This document shows, one piece after another, positions 20,459-22,499 of a stretch of 22,499 nucleotides of DNA. This stretch comes from a virus. Numbering within the stretch: the stretch's first letter is position 1; every line of letters begins with the position of its first letter. The notes under the pieces were generated by a model, which saw only the letters and a program-made list of their open reading frames with translations, ran no database searches and was not told the origin of the DNA. Where the stretch lies: IMG/VR virus record IMGVR_UViG_3300048080_000333; one strand, given 5' to 3'. A program made the translations under genes and the position numbers.

Positions 20459-22499
20459 ATGAAGATTCTTGTCCAGTGGACTCGTGGTGCGCCCCGCGAC
20501 TGGGAGGAGCATGACAGCCGCGACTGGGCCTCTTTGTCTAAGAAGCCAGAGCCCCAGGGCAACGAACCCATGGACCAGTCCCCGGGTTGGGTGCGGTGCC
20601 TGAACGTCCAGGGTGTTCTTTTCACGTCGGATCACTACGTCGTCGAGGACCTGCCTGGCGCCGGCGCCCGCGTGACGATTTGGGACGACCGCAAGCCCGA
20701 GGGTTGGAAGCACGCCCGCGTGTGGACCTTTCTCCCGCTCGCACCCGATGCGAGGCTGGGCGGGGCTTGGAACACGAGGCAATCACAGGTTGTTTATGGT
20801 CAAGCCGACTTCTTGGCCGTCGCAACGGCCGATGGTCCACTGGAGAACACCGAGTTTCGGCCATGGGCAGATTTTGTTCCGCCTCCCGAATCCGTTACGA
20901 GGCATGGTCGTTGGACTGATTCCGACCTAGAGGATCGCCACGTTCGTCAAGCAGCGGTACGAGGTTGGCACGAGTGGACGGACGGTGTCCCTGCCAATCA
21001 GATCGGTCCGGACGGTATGCTCCGGTCGCAGCGCCCGCAGGGTCGGTACAACAAGCCCTTCGGCACGAAGACCGTTTTTGGTCTCCACGACAACCTTGCC
21101 ACGGGCCTGCACGCCGCCCAGGCGGCCGCAGACGAGAACGCCTTCGGTTCCACCGCTGGTGGAAGCACGACCGATGCTTCAGGTAACTTCGCTGGTGGCG
21201 CGAGCGGGTTTGCATTCATCCACACCAGCGCGGCCGGGTTCCCGAACGACGCCGCTTGGCCCACGGGAACGTACCGATGTCAATACGACGTTACGGCGGC
21301 GGGCGCCGGTATGTCCTATGGTCTCAGGACAGCCGGTACTGCGGTCGGGCACTTTGCTCGTGTTGCCAGCGACCTCTCGTCTGAACTGGAGACCAAGCAA
21401 GATGCCCAGCCGCTTTTTACTGGCACTGGCACGAAACTGGCGACTACGGGAAGCGTATCGTGGTCTGCCGGTGCGGTGGGTGACCGCTTCGAGTGTGCCC
21501 TCGCTGCGACCCGTGCGGCTTCTTCTGGCAACCAGACCGTCACGTTGCGTGACTCCTCCGATTTCTTTGCCGACGGGCCATGGCTGGCCTTCAAGACGTA
21601 CGATGAAACAGTAGTTATCACGGCGGTCATTACTCCAACGGTCCAAGACGTTAGATTGTTGAGCGAGATTCTGCAGGCTGTACCTATCGTTCTATCGCCT
21701 GCAGTCGCGGATCAGCGGATTCTTACAGAAGTGGTCCAGGCCGTCCTAACGGTCCGGGCCAACTTCGCTAAAATTGCAGCGAGCGATCCCTTTATCCGGG
21801 CGAATAGCGACACGCTTGGTGTCCCATGGGTCGAAAAAGAAACCGACGGGGATCCGGGTAACACCTTCAAGATTCAGGGCAACGCTGTTTTCATTACGAC
21901 AGGTTCCGGTATTTTCGGGTTTGCGTACTACAACCAGACGTTCCTTCCCGATCACTTTGCTCAACTCACTTGGAAGGCGCGGACGAACAATCCGTTGACG
22001 GGGCCGGCCGTTCGTGTTGATTCGGCGGGCACGACCAGTAGCGCAACGTTTTACGTCGCGCTCTACGACAAATTCAACAATCGCGTCGAGTTGCGGAAGT
22101 ACGTCGCGCAGAACGTTACTGGTGTCGGGACGACTTTGGGGGTACCATTTTCTGTTACACTGGTCGATGGTGATATCGTTCGAATCGAAGTCCACGGCAG
22201 TACGCTTCGAGTGCTTGTGAACGGTATCGAGCGCATCACGGCTGTCGATCAGGCTATTGCATCCGGCAGGCCAGGACTCGCGTCCGTCGATAGCGGATTC
22301 GGTGGAGATAACACCTGGAACAATTGGGTGGCTGGGGAATTTGATGCTGTTCAGGACGTAGCGGTTTTTGTGGATAAGCAGCAGGTCGGTATCATCGTCG
22401 TTGTCCCCACAGTGACAGATACGTTCATCGGTGCTGGTGGTGGAGAGGTCTTCAACGAGACCGTCACCGTTATTTCGGAAATCATCGCTTCGGTCCTCG
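20459..22499 (+). CDS. Large virion protein with ConA/LamG-like lectin domain, 3'-partial (absent from ORF track)
   Basis: SD GGAG; MKILVQWTRGAPRDW... open to the window end (at least 680 codons); DPFIRANS...GPAVRV...GDIVRIEVHGSTLRVLVNG...ASGRPGL. Confidence 0.8.
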   Translation, partial: MKILVQWTRGAPRDWEEHDSRDWASLSKKPEPQGNEPMDQSPGWVRCLNVQGVLFTSDHYVVEDLPGAGARVTIWDDRKPEGWKHARVWTFLPLAPDARLGGAWNTRQSQVVYGQADFLAVATADGPLENTEFRPWADFVPPPESVTRHGRWTDSDLEDRHVRQAAVRGWHEWTDGVPANQIGPDGMLRSQRPQGRYNKPFGTKTVFGLHDNLATGLHAAQAAADENAFGSTAGGSTTDASGNFAGGASGFAFIHTSAAGFPNDAAWPTGTYRCQYDVTAAGAGMSYGLRTAGTAVGHFARVASDLSSELETKQDAQPLFTGTGTKLATTGSVSWSAGAVGDRFECALAATRAASSGNQTVTLRDSSDFFADGPWLAFKTYDETVVITAVITPTVQDVRLLSEILQAVPIVLSPAVADQRILTEVVQAVLTVRANFAKIAASDPFIRANSDTLGVPWVEKETDGDPGNTFKIQGNAVFITTGSGIFGFAYYNQTFLPDHFAQLTWKARTNNPLTGPAVRVDSAGTTSSATFYVALYDKFNNRVELRKYVAQNVTGVGTTLGVPFSVTLVDGDIVRIEVHGSTLRVLVNGIERITAVDQAIASGRPGLASVDSGFGGDNTWNNWVAGEFDAVQDVAVFVDKQQVGIIVVVPTVTDTFIGAGGGEVFNETVTVISEIIASVL

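Noticed and set aside
12378-22195. Long minus-strand ORFs such as 13580-14620 and 18510-20045
   Set aside because: Antisense shadows of GC3-biased structural genes.
1-22499. CRISPR array, rRNA, IS element or intron
   Set aside because: No regularly spaced direct repeats with unique spacers, and no rRNA, transposase or intron core motifs were seen.

Overview
GC-rich (roughly 60% by eye) dsDNA tailed-phage segment. Every supported gene is on the + strand. (1) 1-530: non-coding region dense in TGGGA repeats. (2) 533-5664: small accessory genes behind host sigma70-type promoters, two apparently leaderless. They include an HExxH zincin-like protease, a DarG/TARG1-type macrodomain, and a sigma factor apparently split into separate region-4 and region-2 genes. 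An 84-nt tmRNA tRNA-like domain with no mRNA domain (1002-1085) is nested in the 3' end of the protease ORF. (3) 5765-12209: array of 38 tRNA genes, all with encoded CCA and covering all 20 amino acids. Many have a co-varied D-loop/T-loop elbow. The array is interleaved with orphan structured RNAs, perfect palindromes and small membrane-peptide ORFs. (4) 12259-end: head morphogenesis module (TerS, TerL, portal, protease/scaffold, decoration protein, major capsid), a virion protein and a large lectin-domain virion ORF that runs off the window. A bipartite motif TTGTAGAA-N14-ATCACTTTCCYTTGGAG precedes both the sigma region-2 gene and the portal gene and is a candidate phage-sigma promoter. All calls were made by eye; no database search was run.
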